DNA of 60,211 nt, taken from a candidate division WOR-3 bacterium (GTDB lineage Bacteria; Hydrothermota; Tepidihabitantia; SM23-42; JAOAFX01). The notes under the pieces were generated by a model. That model had not been told where the DNA came from. It did not search any database and saw only the letters and a program-made list of their open reading frames with translations. The stretch spans positions 1 to 60,211 of the forward strand of contig JBDRWI010000005.1 in assembly GCA_039802265.1 (NCBI GenBank), given 5' to 3'. Position 1 is the stretch's first letter. Each line of letters begins with the position of its first letter. Below are positions 28,858 through 38,336 of this stretch, piece by piece. Both the position numbers and the translations under genes were made by a program.

Positions 28858-29880
28858 ATGGCTAAAGGGATTCTTTCTTTTATTAAATGTGCGGGTTGAG
28901 CAAGTAAGATCTCCAAGGCGCAGTTGGCGCGGGGATTGGCAAACCTGCTGATGATTAAAGATCCGAACCTGCTTGTGGGTATGAATACGTCCGATGATGC
29001 TGGAGTCTATAAGCTCAGCGATGATTTCGCCCTGGTCTTGACCGTTGACCTGCTGGCTCCGGTGGTTGAGGACCCTTACACCTTCGGAATGATCGCTGCG
29101 ACAAATTGTATTTCAGATATCTATGCAATGGGTGGTGAGCCGAAACTGGCACTAAATGTGATTGGTTATCCAGAAAAAGGAGATCCGGCGATATTGGGAA
29201 AAATCCTGGCTGGTGGGCAGGCAAAGGCAAAAGAAGCTGGTGTAGTAATCTGTGGGGGACACACATTTAATACTGAAGGAATAATGTATGGACTTTCGGT
29301 TGTGGGTTATATCCATCCAAAGAGAATTATCACCAATGCCAATGCCCGAGTCGGGGATGTAATTCTACTAACCAAGCCCATCGGCGCGGGAACAATCATT
29401 CAGGCAATTTTGCTTGAAAAAACGGAGGGAATTGACCCTACTCAGGTAATTGAAGGAATGACCACATTGAATCAACGCGCTGCACAGGTGATGCGGGAGA
29501 TCGGTGTGGATGCCGCCACCGATATTACCGGTTATGGACTTGCTGGTCATTTGATAGAAATGGCTGAGGCAAGCAAGGTCAGTATTGAACTATGGGGTTC
29601 AAAAATTCCGGTTTATAATGGTGCAATTGAAATCATAAGAAGGGGAGTTATTGAACCTGGAATAAATATGAATTTTAACTCATTCAAAGATAGGGTCAGC
29701 CTGCAGAATGTAACCGGTGAAATAGGAAGACTTATCTTCGGTTCCGAGACATCCGGTGGTCTGGCAATCGTCCTGCCCGAGGAGAAGGTTCAATTATTCT
29801 TAGATAAGTATCAAAAGTCAGTCCGGGTTATTGGGAGGATTACGAAAGAAAATCCCGGGCAGTTAAAGGTTCTTCCCTAA
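28858..29880 (+). CDS. selD: Selenide, water dikinase; selenoprotein with UGA-Sec at codon 14 (28897-28899)
   Basis: ATG 28858 gives MAKGILSFIKCAG(U)ASKIS, in frame with the track ORF. SDDAGVY, SDIYAMGG, GGHT, LTKPIG, TDITGYGL.GH, TSGGL. Confidence 0.95.
28909..28936 (+). promoter_or_regulatory. Candidate bacterial SECIS hairpin
   Basis: ATCTCC-AAG-GCGC-AGTTG-GCGC-GGGGAT; apical loop begins about 22 nt after the UGA, with G at loop position 2. Confidence 0.6.
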
Positions 29881-30716
29881 ATTATTATATTATCTATCAG
29901 CCTGGTCTTGTCAAAAAAAACCGCCAAGGCAATGAGGTTTCCTTTTTCCAACACTCTCACCGGTCTCAGAGTTTGTTTATCAACAACTGCAATATAGTCA
30001 ATCTTCCCGCCCTTTTCCTCAATCATCTGCTGCATTCTTTGAATGAGATACTCGGGACTGCGAATATTCTCTTTGTAGTATGTACCCTTTGCCCACTGAA
30101 GTGCACGATAAAGAACTGTTGCATTCTTTCGCTCCTCCGGTGAGAGGTAGACATTCCTTGAACTCATTGCCAGTCCATCGGATTCGCGCACTATCGGTCC
30201 GGTAATTATCTTCACATCCAGATTCAAATCCTTTACCATCTGTTTGATAATAACGGCCTGCTGGTAATCCTTTTCACCGAAGACGGCAATATCAGGTTTT
30301 ACAATATTGAATAATTTCAATACCACTGTTGCTACGCCGCGAAAGTGTCCGGGTCTTGATTTGCCACACAAGACCGAGCTCATTTCTTCTACTTCAACAT
30401 AGGTCTTATATCCGTCAGGATACATTTCCTTTACCGAAGGATAAAAGAGTAAATCAACCTTTACTTTTTTTAGGAGTATCTCATCCCTTTTTAAATTCCT
30501 GGGGTAGCGATTAAAGTCTTCATTGGGTCCAAACTGTGTCGGGTTGACAAAGATTGAGCATACCACATAATCACTGTGCTTGCGCGCAATTCTCATTAAA
30601 GACAGATGCCCCTCGTGGAGATAGCCCATCGTTGGAACAAAGCCGATGGTCTTCTTTTTCTCCTTAATTTGTTTTATTAATCTTTTAAGTTCAGCAATTT
30701 TTTTTACGATTTTCAT
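29877..30716 (-). CDS. panC: Pantoate--beta-alanine ligase
   Basis: VPTMGYLHEGH, FVNPTQF, RPGHFRGV, FGEKDYQQ, GLAMSSRN, RLIDN. Confidence 0.97.
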   Translation of the reverse strand: MKIVKKIAELKRLIKQIKEKKKTIGFVPTMGYLHEGHLSLMRIARKHSDYVVCSIFVNPTQFGPNEDFNRYPRNLKRDEILLKKVKVDLLFYPSVKEMYPDGYKTYVEVEEMSSVLCGKSRPGHFRGVATVVLKLFNIVKPDIAVFGEKDYQQAVIIKQMVKDLNLDVKIITGPIVRESDGLAMSSRNVYLSPEERKNATVLYRALQWAKGTYYKENIRSPEYLIQRMQQMIEEKGGKIDYIAVVDKQTLRPVRVLEKGNLIALAVFFDKTRLIDNIII

Positions 30717-30737
30717 TTCATTATAGAATTTAATCCA

Positions 30738-32426
30738 TTATTTTACCAGCAGGAATTTGCCATTGATAGTGTCTGCAGCGATCTTTGCTCTATAGAAATA
30801 TGCACCATTAGGGAGACTCCTATTTCCAGTTGTTATGCGATATTTGATTACATGTTTTCCTTTATCGTAATTACCTTCATGACAGTGTATTTTCTGCCCG
30901 AGTCCATTATATATTTCTATCTTAACCTCTGCGGGATACGGTAGATTAACAAAAAAATTGATGAACCCCTTTGCTGGATTTGGATACAATGCAAAACCAT
31001 TTACAGTCTCATTAAACTGTTCAAGTACTGCAACCGGAAGAATCCGGAATGAGTATAATTGCGGTGGCACATAAGAAGGCGATGTCCTTCTGATTCCATC
31101 ACTATTTTTTACAAGAAGGAAATAATGGACTGTATCACCGGCAGACTGGGGCGGTATATAGCCCGCATAGACACCCGGGGTGTCAATGACTGGACTTAAT
31201 GGTGTTGTAGTAAAGGCCGGGTTGCTGTTTATTTTATAATAGACCAGTGTTGACTCCGGGATTAAATTGCCTGAGGTGATTATTCTCGCCCTTACCCGAT
31301 AGGGGTCTGGTGTATAATATGTATCAGAAAGTGGGGTATGAACAATATGGAGAAATTGAGACTTTGGCACCTGCATTGTGATACAGTGAATTGCACCACC
31401 AGAATTTGCCATTGATGAACAGTTAATTCCCACAACCGTATAACCGGGTAAATACTGCTGATAGGTAAGGAGTGCCTGCTGGTCTTCTGGAAGCCCCCAG
31501 GTCGGTACGAGGATTCTATTATTGACGAAGAGGGAATTGAGATATGTTGGGGGCGCATTGGAGGTGGACCAGGGCATTACAATCCTTACCACCCGATAGG
31601 GGAATCCTTCTCTATTTTTACAATTAGCAATTGAATCCGCGCGGTTATCAAGAACTGTATCATTGGGATGGCCCGATGCATATTCACCAACCATTACCAG
31701 TGTATCATTTAGAATCTTTGTCCAGATATCAATATGACCGGTATATTCAGTTAGGATTCTCTTCAAGGGAATTGTCTGCTCAAGTCCATTGTAGGCAAGC
31801 ATCAAGGAGTCAATCTGCTGGGCATTATAGGATGGGTTTTCCTCATAAATCAAACTGCTGAAGAATCCGGTATTGTGCCCATCAACCATAAAATTGCCAC
31901 CGGCGTGTTCTAATGGTGAACCATAGACCGGTATTCCTAATGTATCACCAATGCGCCAGGGGATGTTGTCATCCTGGGGTCTTGGACGATTATATTGAAA
32001 ATCCACTATCCCTTCTGTATTATCTGCTTTTCTTATAAACCAGGGACCATAATCACGAATCCAGACCGCATTATAGGGAAAGATAAAAAATCGGACACTA
32101 TCTAATGGGACACCACCACTGGTGAGATAACTCTTGATTGAACTTGTATCGCTTGCTGAGGCAATTATAAATGCCTTACAGGTTGCTACGACATTGCGCA
32201 CAATCTCCCTTTCAACAGAGTTGAAAGTACCATAGTCCCAGGTGACAAAGACACCCCGGACTGGTTCATACTCGGCGGGTGTAACAACAGTCATCTCTGG
32301 TGGGGCAGTGACGATATGCCCCTTACCAATCTCATCAACCCGCAGGCTTTCCTCCGCCGTCATCCAGCGGGGTAGGAATTCTTCGGGTTTTTCAAAAGAA
32401 AAAAGGATAAATAAGATGAATGCCAT
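30738..32426 (-). CDS. Secreted agmatine/peptidyl-arginine deiminase family protein with T9SS-type CTD
   Basis: PAEYEP, WIRDYGP, GGN, GHID, YLNS, GGAIHCIT; short hydrophobic N-terminus; C-terminal YPNP...IYNGLGQ...GAYFY. Confidence 0.88.
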   Translation of the reverse strand: MAFILFILFSFEKPEEFLPRWMTAEESLRVDEIGKGHIVTAPPEMTVVTPAEYEPVRGVFVTWDYGTFNSVEREIVRNVVATCKAFIIASASDTSSIKSYLTSGGVPLDSVRFFIFPYNAVWIRDYGPWFIRKADNTEGIVDFQYNRPRPQDDNIPWRIGDTLGIPVYGSPLEHAGGNFMVDGHNTGFFSSLIYEENPSYNAQQIDSLMLAYNGLEQTIPLKRILTEYTGHIDIWTKILNDTLVMVGEYASGHPNDTVLDNRADSIANCKNREGFPYRVVRIVMPWSTSNAPPTYLNSLFVNNRILVPTWGLPEDQQALLTYQQYLPGYTVVGINCSSMANSGGAIHCITMQVPKSQFLHIVHTPLSDTYYTPDPYRVRARIITSGNLIPESTLVYYKINSNPAFTTTPLSPVIDTPGVYAGYIPPQSAGDTVHYFLLVKNSDGIRRTSPSYVPPQLYSFRILPVAVLEQFNETVNGFALYPNPAKGFINFFVNLPYPAEVKIEIYNGLGQKIHCHEGNYDKGKHVIKYRITTGNRSLPNGAYFYRAKIAADTINGKFLLVK

Positions 32427-32439
32427 AAGGTCTCCTTGA

Positions 32440-33789
32440 TTATTTTAAACCTATTTCTTCAAGATGGCGAAAGAAAAGGTCTTTTATTTCATTGAGGCGC
32501 TCTGCTGTCTTTGCCTCAAAGCGCAGGACCAGAACCGGTTGGGTATTGGACGCCCGGATCAGTCCCCAGCCATCACCGAAATCGACCCGGACACCATCAA
32601 TGTCAATTACCGGATATGACCTACGGAATAGATCTTTCAAATTTTCTACAATCTTAAATTTCCGCTCATCAGTGGTTTCAATCCTGATCTCGGGTGTGGC
32701 GAAATACTTTGGGAAAAGGTCAGCCATTTTGGATAATTTCTTGCCGTTGCTTATGATTTCCAGCAACCTCAAACTGGCATATATTGCATCATCATAGCCA
32801 AGGTACCGGTCAGCAAAGAAGATATGTCCGGACATCTCACCGGCAAGGGGGGCATTTTCTTCTTTCATCTTTGCCTTGATGAGCGAATGCCCGGTGCGAT
32901 ACATCAAAGGAATTCCACCGAGTTCTTGAATCCTTTCAATCAATCCCTTGGAACACTTCACCTCAAAGATGATCTTTGAACCGGGCCTTTCCTTTAAGAC
33001 CTCTTCAGCAAAGATTGCCAAAAGTACATCACCCCAGATTATCTTCCCTTTCTCATCCACCACCCCTATTCTATCACCATCGCCATCCAGCCCGATTCCA
33101 ATTTCATATTTACCATTTTTTACCCATTCAATCAATTCTTTAATATACCCTTCCACCACCGGGTCAGGGAGGTGATTCGGGAAGTTTCCGTCGGGTTCCT
33201 TGTAAAGAATCTTATAATCGGCCCTGAGTTTACTGAGAATTTCTTCAACTACCGGACCGCAGGTTCCATTACCGGTATCTACCGCAACCCGGATGCCATT
33301 TTTTATTCTAACACCCTTCAGTAGATAATCTATATAATCCGGGATTAGACCCTTATGGACTACACCACCCTTGCCCCGGGCAAATTTGCCCTTTAGGATA
33401 ATCTTATATATCTTTTTAATCTCATCACCATAAATGGTGGTCTTTTTCGAACAGACCTTTAAGCCATTGAATTCCTTTGGATTATGGCTGGCAGTAATCA
33501 TGATTCCATTCGGTATATCAAGGTGAAAGAGTGAGAAGTAAAGAACCGGTGTCGGTACCATACCGATTTCCACAACATCGCATCCAGTCTTGACAAGCCC
33601 ATCGGAGATTGTTTTATTTATGCGGGGTGAAGAGAGTCTTGCATCATACCCTAAAACGACTTTATTGTTACCCGATTTCACATAATATGCCCCCAGTGCC
33701 CGGGCAATGAGATAGACATTCTCTTCGTTTAGGTCCGTATCGGCAATTCCCCTTATATCATACTCACGAAAGATGTTCGGATTTACCAT
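32440..33789 (-). CDS. Phosphomannomutase/phosphoglucomutase (AlgC-like)
   Basis: FREYDIRG, TASHNP, DGDGDR, GEMSGH, RASNTQP. Confidence 0.95.
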   Translation of the reverse strand: MVNPNIFREYDIRGIADTDLNEENVYLIARALGAYYVKSGNNKVVLGYDARLSSPRINKTISDGLVKTGCDVVEIGMVPTPVLYFSLFHLDIPNGIMITASHNPKEFNGLKVCSKKTTIYGDEIKKIYKIILKGKFARGKGGVVHKGLIPDYIDYLLKGVRIKNGIRVAVDTGNGTCGPVVEEILSKLRADYKILYKEPDGNFPNHLPDPVVEGYIKELIEWVKNGKYEIGIGLDGDGDRIGVVDEKGKIIWGDVLLAIFAEEVLKERPGSKIIFEVKCSKGLIERIQELGGIPLMYRTGHSLIKAKMKEENAPLAGEMSGHIFFADRYLGYDDAIYASLRLLEIISNGKKLSKMADLFPKYFATPEIRIETTDERKFKIVENLKDLFRRSYPVIDIDGVRVDFGDGWGLIRASNTQPVLVLRFEAKTAERLNEIKDLFFRHLEEIGLK

Positions 33790-35195
33790 AATTGCCTTTC
33801 CACAAATTCTATTGCCTGTTCTATTATCATGCAGGCCTGTTCTGCCTCATCTTTTGTAATCATCAAGGGTGGAGAAATCCTCAGGGAATTGAATCCGGCG
33901 CCATAGATTATGAGCCCCCGTTTGAAACATTCACCGGTAATTACCTCTTTTATATTCTTGCCATCTTTGGTGACTACCCTGGGAAATGGCTTTTTGCTCT
34001 CTTTATCCTGAACAATCTCCAGTCCGATCATCAACCCCAGTCCCCTTACCTCGCCAATGATTTTGTGGCGATTGGCAAGTTCATTGAGTCTTTCTTTTAT
34101 AAATTCTCCTAACACCCGGGCATTCCTTATCAGGCCATTTTCAATAAGATTTAAGGTGGCAAGGGCGGCCGAGGCGCAGACCGGATTTCCCCCAAATGTT
34201 GAGCCATGGGAACCAGGGATCCAGGCGCGGGAGTCAACTTCGCAGTCCATCAACTCCGCCCTTCCCACAGTGGCACTCATCGGCAGTCCCGACGCAATTG
34301 CCTTGGCAATAAGAATTATATCCGGAATGGTATCAAAATGTTCGCAGGCAAACCATCTTCCGGTTCTACCCAGTCCACACTGTATCTCATCAAAGATTAG
34401 AACAATTCCGTATTTATCAGCGATCTTCCTTAATGCCGGCAGGAACTCTTTTGGGGGCACGATATAACCACCCTCACCCTGAACTGGCTCTACCAGTATC
34501 AATGCAACATCTTCTGGGTCAACCAGTCTTTCAAATATAACCTCTGTGAGATAGGAAAGGCAATAAGGAATCGGCATTCCTTCAAATTCCTTTCTTATAC
34601 ATTCGGGATATGTCTCGTTGAACAGACAATGATAGCAGTAGGGATAGGGGGTATGGACAACCTCAGGGATTAGACTTCCAAAATGTGCCCGTTGGACCTT
34701 CTTGCTCCCGGACATTGTCATTCCGGCAAATGTCCGACCATGGAATGCACCAAAGAAGGAAATCATCCTTGGTCTTCGTGTGTAATATCGGGCAATCTTT
34801 AGGGATGCCTCAATTGCCTCGGCACCAGAACTTCCAAAATAGACCCTCTTGGGAAATCGTCCAGGGGTTATCTTTACCAGTTTTTCGGCAAGGGCAACCT
34901 GGGATTCGTAGTAGAAATCGCTGCCTGAGATGTGGATTAACTTTCTTAACTGACCTGTTGCTGCGCTAATTACCTCAGGCGGACAATGCCCTGCTCCGAC
35001 CACAGCAAAACCCGCCCCAAAGTCAAGGTATTTCTTTCCCGAGACATCATAGACCCAGGGACCCTTTGCCCGGTCCACAACAAGTGGAATCTCCCGGGTT
35101 CGGGTATGGGCACCGAACATAACCCTTTTATCGCGCGCTATTAAACGCCTTGCATTTTTGCCAATCTTGGGAGAGGTATATTTTATAAATTCCAT
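33783..35195 (-). CDS. Class III PLP aminotransferase (GABA/ornithine-type)
   Basis: SGAEAIEA, FHGRT, EPVQGEGG, FDEIQCGLGRTG, AKAIASG, HGSTFGGNP. Confidence 0.9.
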   Translation of the reverse strand: MEFIKYTSPKIGKNARRLIARDKRVMFGAHTRTREIPLVVDRAKGPWVYDVSGKKYLDFGAGFAVVGAGHCPPEVISAATGQLRKLIHISGSDFYYESQVALAEKLVKITPGRFPKRVYFGSSGAEAIEASLKIARYYTRRPRMISFFGAFHGRTFAGMTMSGSKKVQRAHFGSLIPEVVHTPYPYCYHCLFNETYPECIRKEFEGMPIPYCLSYLTEVIFERLVDPEDVALILVEPVQGEGGYIVPPKEFLPALRKIADKYGIVLIFDEIQCGLGRTGRWFACEHFDTIPDIILIAKAIASGLPMSATVGRAELMDCEVDSRAWIPGSHGSTFGGNPVCASAALATLNLIENGLIRNARVLGEFIKERLNELANRHKIIGEVRGLGLMIGLEIVQDKESKKPFPRVVTKDGKNIKEVITGECFKRGLIIYGAGFNSLRISPPLMITKDEAEQACMIIEQAIEFVERQLW

Positions 35196-35211
35196 AATTT
35201 TCTCCTTTCTG

Positions 35212-36390
35212 TTAATCTATCTTTCGGGAGTAAGGGACTCCATACTTCAAAATCCAGTATTTGAAAAACATATCCTCAATCAAGAATTCTCCGTCTTCCC
35301 GTTCCAGAATTCCTCGCTCAACCAAGAGATTTGCTGATGTCTGAACTGAAGAGGCAGAGGTAAGTTCGTGGCGCAGCACAAATTCCTGAGAGAAGATATT
35401 TTTTCCACCACTCAAGGCGATCGCCTGAAGAAGGCGCCGCTGGGCAAGGGTAAACTCATCCCATATGGTGATATAAATCGGGGATGCCTCAGCCACAATT
35501 TTATCCAGGACCGCCTGGAGTTGTTCTTTTTCAACAATCTTGGTATCAAGATAATTATCCCACAATTCATGGCTGATATACTGGATATAATAGGGACAAC
35601 CATTGGTGATATTAAAGATTGCTTCAATGACCTCCCCGGTAATATTAAAGCCGGCTTCTTCAAACTTCTCTTTCAAGAATCTGGTAAAGGTCCTCTGGTC
35701 TATTTTGCCTAAATTTATTATCTTGCCGGCCTTATAAAATGCCCCATCCTCTCTTAAGATCATATCCCTTATTATATGTCTTTTGGAACCGGCAAAGACA
35801 TAACCGACATTCCGATGGTGCTGAATTATTGAACGGATGGTCTTTTCGATCTTTTCACCATTGAAGTTTCTGATTTCCTGAAACTCATCAAAGGCAATGC
35901 AAATGGGTTTCTTCCAGCGATTGGCAATCTTCTGGGGGAAGTCAATGATTTCCTCAATTACCTTACTTAAATCCTTTTCTATGGGCGATAAGAAGAATTC
36001 GGCATTTAAAGTTCCATCACTGGCGATACTCAAACGGGGTCTTATTGAGGGTAATAATTCATTCACAAATCGGCTAATTTTTTCTAACTTTGTCTCACCG
36101 ATTTTCAACAAGAGGTTTAGATATTGGGTCAAAAATTGTTGGAGTGAGGCACAGCGATATAAATCAACAAGCACGGTCAATGCCCCCTTCTGTTTGAGTT
36201 TATTAAAGAGATTATAGATAAGTGAGGTCTTGCCATAGCGCCGGGGCGAAAGGAGGAATAAAATCTGGCCGTTCAGCAGGTCTTTCTCAAGCATTTCTAA
36301 CTCTTCCTGCCGGTCAATAAAGTTTTCTCCGGTTACAACCTCACCGTAGATAAAGGGATTCTTTATTTTATGTATTTTTGCGTTATGCAT
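35212..36390 (-). CDS. Archaeal-type (ATPase_2-like) P-loop ATPase with C-terminal winged helix
   Basis: NPFIYG..V....FIDR..E, Walker A SPRRYGKT, Walker B FDEFQ, FAGS, G.PYY.Q. Confidence 0.82.
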   Translation of the reverse strand: MHNAKIHKIKNPFIYGEVVTGENFIDRQEELEMLEKDLLNGQILFLLSPRRYGKTSLIYNLFNKLKQKGALTVLVDLYRCASLQQFLTQYLNLLLKIGETKLEKISRFVNELLPSIRPRLSIASDGTLNAEFFLSPIEKDLSKVIEEIIDFPQKIANRWKKPICIAFDEFQEIRNFNGEKIEKTIRSIIQHHRNVGYVFAGSKRHIIRDMILREDGAFYKAGKIINLGKIDQRTFTRFLKEKFEEAGFNITGEVIEAIFNITNGCPYYIQYISHELWDNYLDTKIVEKEQLQAVLDKIVAEASPIYITIWDEFTLAQRRLLQAIALSGGKNIFSQEFVLRHELTSASSVQTSANLLVERGILEREDGEFLIEDMFFKYWILKYGVPYSRKID

Positions 36391-36404
36391 TTTTAGATAA
36401 TGTA

Positions 36405-36432
36405 ATTATACATAATAACAGCAAAAAGTCAA
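36405..36432 (-). promoter_or_regulatory. Sigma70-like promoter of ATPase and downstream genes
   Basis: TTGACT-N16-TATAAT. Confidence 0.68.
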
Positions 36433-37070
36433 TTATCCGGGTTGCCGTGGGAGATTGAAATTTTTTCAAGGAGCCATTTGATGGCATTATACAATTCCTG
36501 AGAAGAGGGAACAGAGTGCTCGCCATTTTTCACTATAAGGGTATCAATAATTCCACTTCCTTTAAAAAGATTATGCATTAAGATATTATCATTTAAATTC
36601 CAGTCTTTTTTTCTGGAGATAAGATAGACTGAATGATTATGCAATCTTGAAAAGTCTGCAAAGGGCATTGCCCCTTTATGGGCACAGGCCGCAATTGCCC
36701 CGCGGAAAGTCTGGGGATGCAGGAATAATTCCAGCAATGCCTGGACCCCCATCCCAGAAAATCCATAGATAAAGACTTGCCCCGGCTCAACTTTATAATT
36801 CTGGAGCAATTTTTCGACAGTCCACATAATGTCCCGGTCATTTAAGTTTATATCCCGATGGTTTCTACTTTTATGACAGGTAGCAAGGATAATTCCTAAA
36901 CTATCGGCAATAAACCGTATTGAAGATAAATCCTCAAAGGTAGCCCCGGTACAACTCAGGATAATCAATGCCGGATGGCACAGTGAGTCCGGGATATAGA
37001 AATAGTCTGAATCCGCATCGGAGATTGTTGTCCCTAAAAGAAGTGAGTTTAATAAAATGAGGGATTTCAT
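36429..37070 (-). CDS. Putative exported alpha/beta hydrolase
   Basis: YGFSGMG nucleophile elbow, late Asp and GEH; short signal-like N-terminus. Confidence 0.6.
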   Translation of the reverse strand: MKSLILLNSLLLGTTISDADSDYFYIPDSLCHPALIILSCTGATFEDLSSIRFIADSLGIILATCHKSRNHRDINLNDRDIMWTVEKLLQNYKVEPGQVFIYGFSGMGVQALLELFLHPQTFRGAIAACAHKGAMPFADFSRLHNHSVYLISRKKDWNLNDNILMHNLFKGSGIIDTLIVKNGEHSVPSSQELYNAIKWLLEKISISHGNPDN

Positions 37071-37081
37071 CTATATAAAAG

Positions 37082-37109
37082 ATTATACCGAAATGAATCA
37101 TCGTGTCAA
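37082..37109 (-). promoter_or_regulatory. Sigma70-like promoter of hydrolase
   Basis: Perfect TTGACA-N16-TATAAT, 11 nt to ATG 37070. Confidence 0.75.
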
Positions 37110-37111
37110 TA

Positions 37112-37139
37112 TTGACTTATCCCTAAATTTTTGTAATCT
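37112..37139 (+). promoter_or_regulatory. Sigma70-like promoter of G1PDH homologue, probably leaderless
   Basis: TTGACT-N16-TAATCT, 6 nt to ATG 37146. Confidence 0.55.
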
Positions 37140-37145
37140 TATGGA

Positions 37146-38189
37146 ATGAAAGAGAAGACCCCTTTCTTTTTTGAAATCGGTAAGGATATAATAAAGAAAA
37201 CCCATCAATTCCTTTTGAAATATAACCTTAAGTTTAAAAGGGGACTAATATTGGGTGATGAAATAACATTCAAGATAGGAGGAGACCAAATTGCCAGGCT
37301 TCTGAAAAAATATGGGGTGTTAATGATTAAAGAGAAGGTTTCAAGGAGTGATGAAGCGACAGTAAAGAAGATAGAAAAGATTATTAAAAGAGTAAGACCC
37401 GACCTCGTAATTGGGTTTGGTGGGGGTAAGGTCTTAGATGTAGGAAAGTTGACCGCTGGCAGGAGTAAAATAAAATTCATCAGTATTCCGACTACCCTAT
37501 CTAACGACGGGATTGCCTCACCGGTCTCGGTAATCACAAACGAAAGAGGAATTCCCATAAGTCATCGGACCCGGCCCCCTTATGGTGTGATTGTTGACCT
37601 GAATATAATAAAAAAGGCACCACTCAGACATCTACGTGCCGGGGTTGGCGATTTAATCTCCAATCTTTCTGCAGTCTTTGACTGTCGTCTTGCACAACAG
37701 AAAAAAAGGGATAATGTCAAGCCCGAAATTTTGAATCTTGCGGAGATAGGTCCAAAAAGAATTTTAGGATGTAAAGGCAAGATAAAAAGCGATAAATTCT
37801 TAAGTTTGCTTACCGATGGTTTAATAAAGAGCGGTCTGGCAATGTGCCTCAGTGGTTCATCAAAACCGGCCAGTGGCAGCGAGCATAAAATTAGCCACTC
37901 CATGGACTATCTCTATCCCGGACGCAAGGCCCTGCACGGTGAGCAGGTGGGCATTGCTACAATCTTTACCATGGCATTGCAGAAGAATTCCTATTTAAAA
38001 TCAGTAATAAAATTATACCGCAGGATAAAATTCCCTCAAAGGGTATCACACTTGGGGATCAGCAACAAAGAATTTGTCCAGGTAGTTATAAATGCAAGAA
38101 AAATCCGGCCAGGAAGATATACAATCCTTGAGGAGAAGAAACCCAGCCCGGATTCAATCAAATCTATAGTCAAAGCAGTCAATCTGTAA
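37146..38189 (+). CDS. sn-glycerol-1-phosphate dehydrogenase family (EgsA/AraM-like)
   Basis: GGGKVLDVGK, PTTLSNDGIASP, GDLISN, SSKPASGSEHKISH, LHGEQVG, RPGRYTIL. Confidence 0.85.
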   Translation: MKEKTPFFFEIGKDIIKKTHQFLLKYNLKFKRGLILGDEITFKIGGDQIARLLKKYGVLMIKEKVSRSDEATVKKIEKIIKRVRPDLVIGFGGGKVLDVGKLTAGRSKIKFISIPTTLSNDGIASPVSVITNERGIPISHRTRPPYGVIVDLNIIKKAPLRHLRAGVGDLISNLSAVFDCRLAQQKKRDNVKPEILNLAEIGPKRILGCKGKIKSDKFLSLLTDGLIKSGLAMCLSGSSKPASGSEHKISHSMDYLYPGRKALHGEQVGIATIFTMALQKNSYLKSVIKLYRRIKFPQRVSHLGISNKEFVQVVINARKIRPGRYTILEEKKPSPDSIKSIVKAVNL

Positions 38190-38336
38190 CTACCGACCCA
38201 TCGGCAACAATACTACAATCCCTTTTTTTCTGCTCGCTACTCTTTGTAAATACCATTCAATCATCCTTCTAAATCCCTCTCTTATTGAAATCCTCTGCTC
38301 AAATCCCAACTGCCTGATTTTTTCAGATTTGTGAGA
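38190..38336 (-). pseudogene. C-terminal remnant of an NAD-dependent epimerase/dehydratase
   Basis: Reads SHKSEKIRQLGFEQRISIREGFRRMIEWYLQR..., matching the extended-SDR tail K...LG(F/W).P...L.EG....I.WY; no start or Rossmann domain. Confidence 0.65.

Noticed and set aside
23368..35195. A dedicated agmatine deiminase/polyamine pathway cluster (deiminase, carbamoyltransferase, aminotransferase, SpeE-like)
   Set aside because: The genes are in different transcription units; the carbamoyltransferase has the ornithine-type SMG motif; the deiminase appears secreted; no carbamate kinase or antiporter is present.
35212..36390. ATPase as part of an anti-phage defence system
   Set aside because: Stand-alone, with no nuclease or effector domain and no partner gene recognisable.
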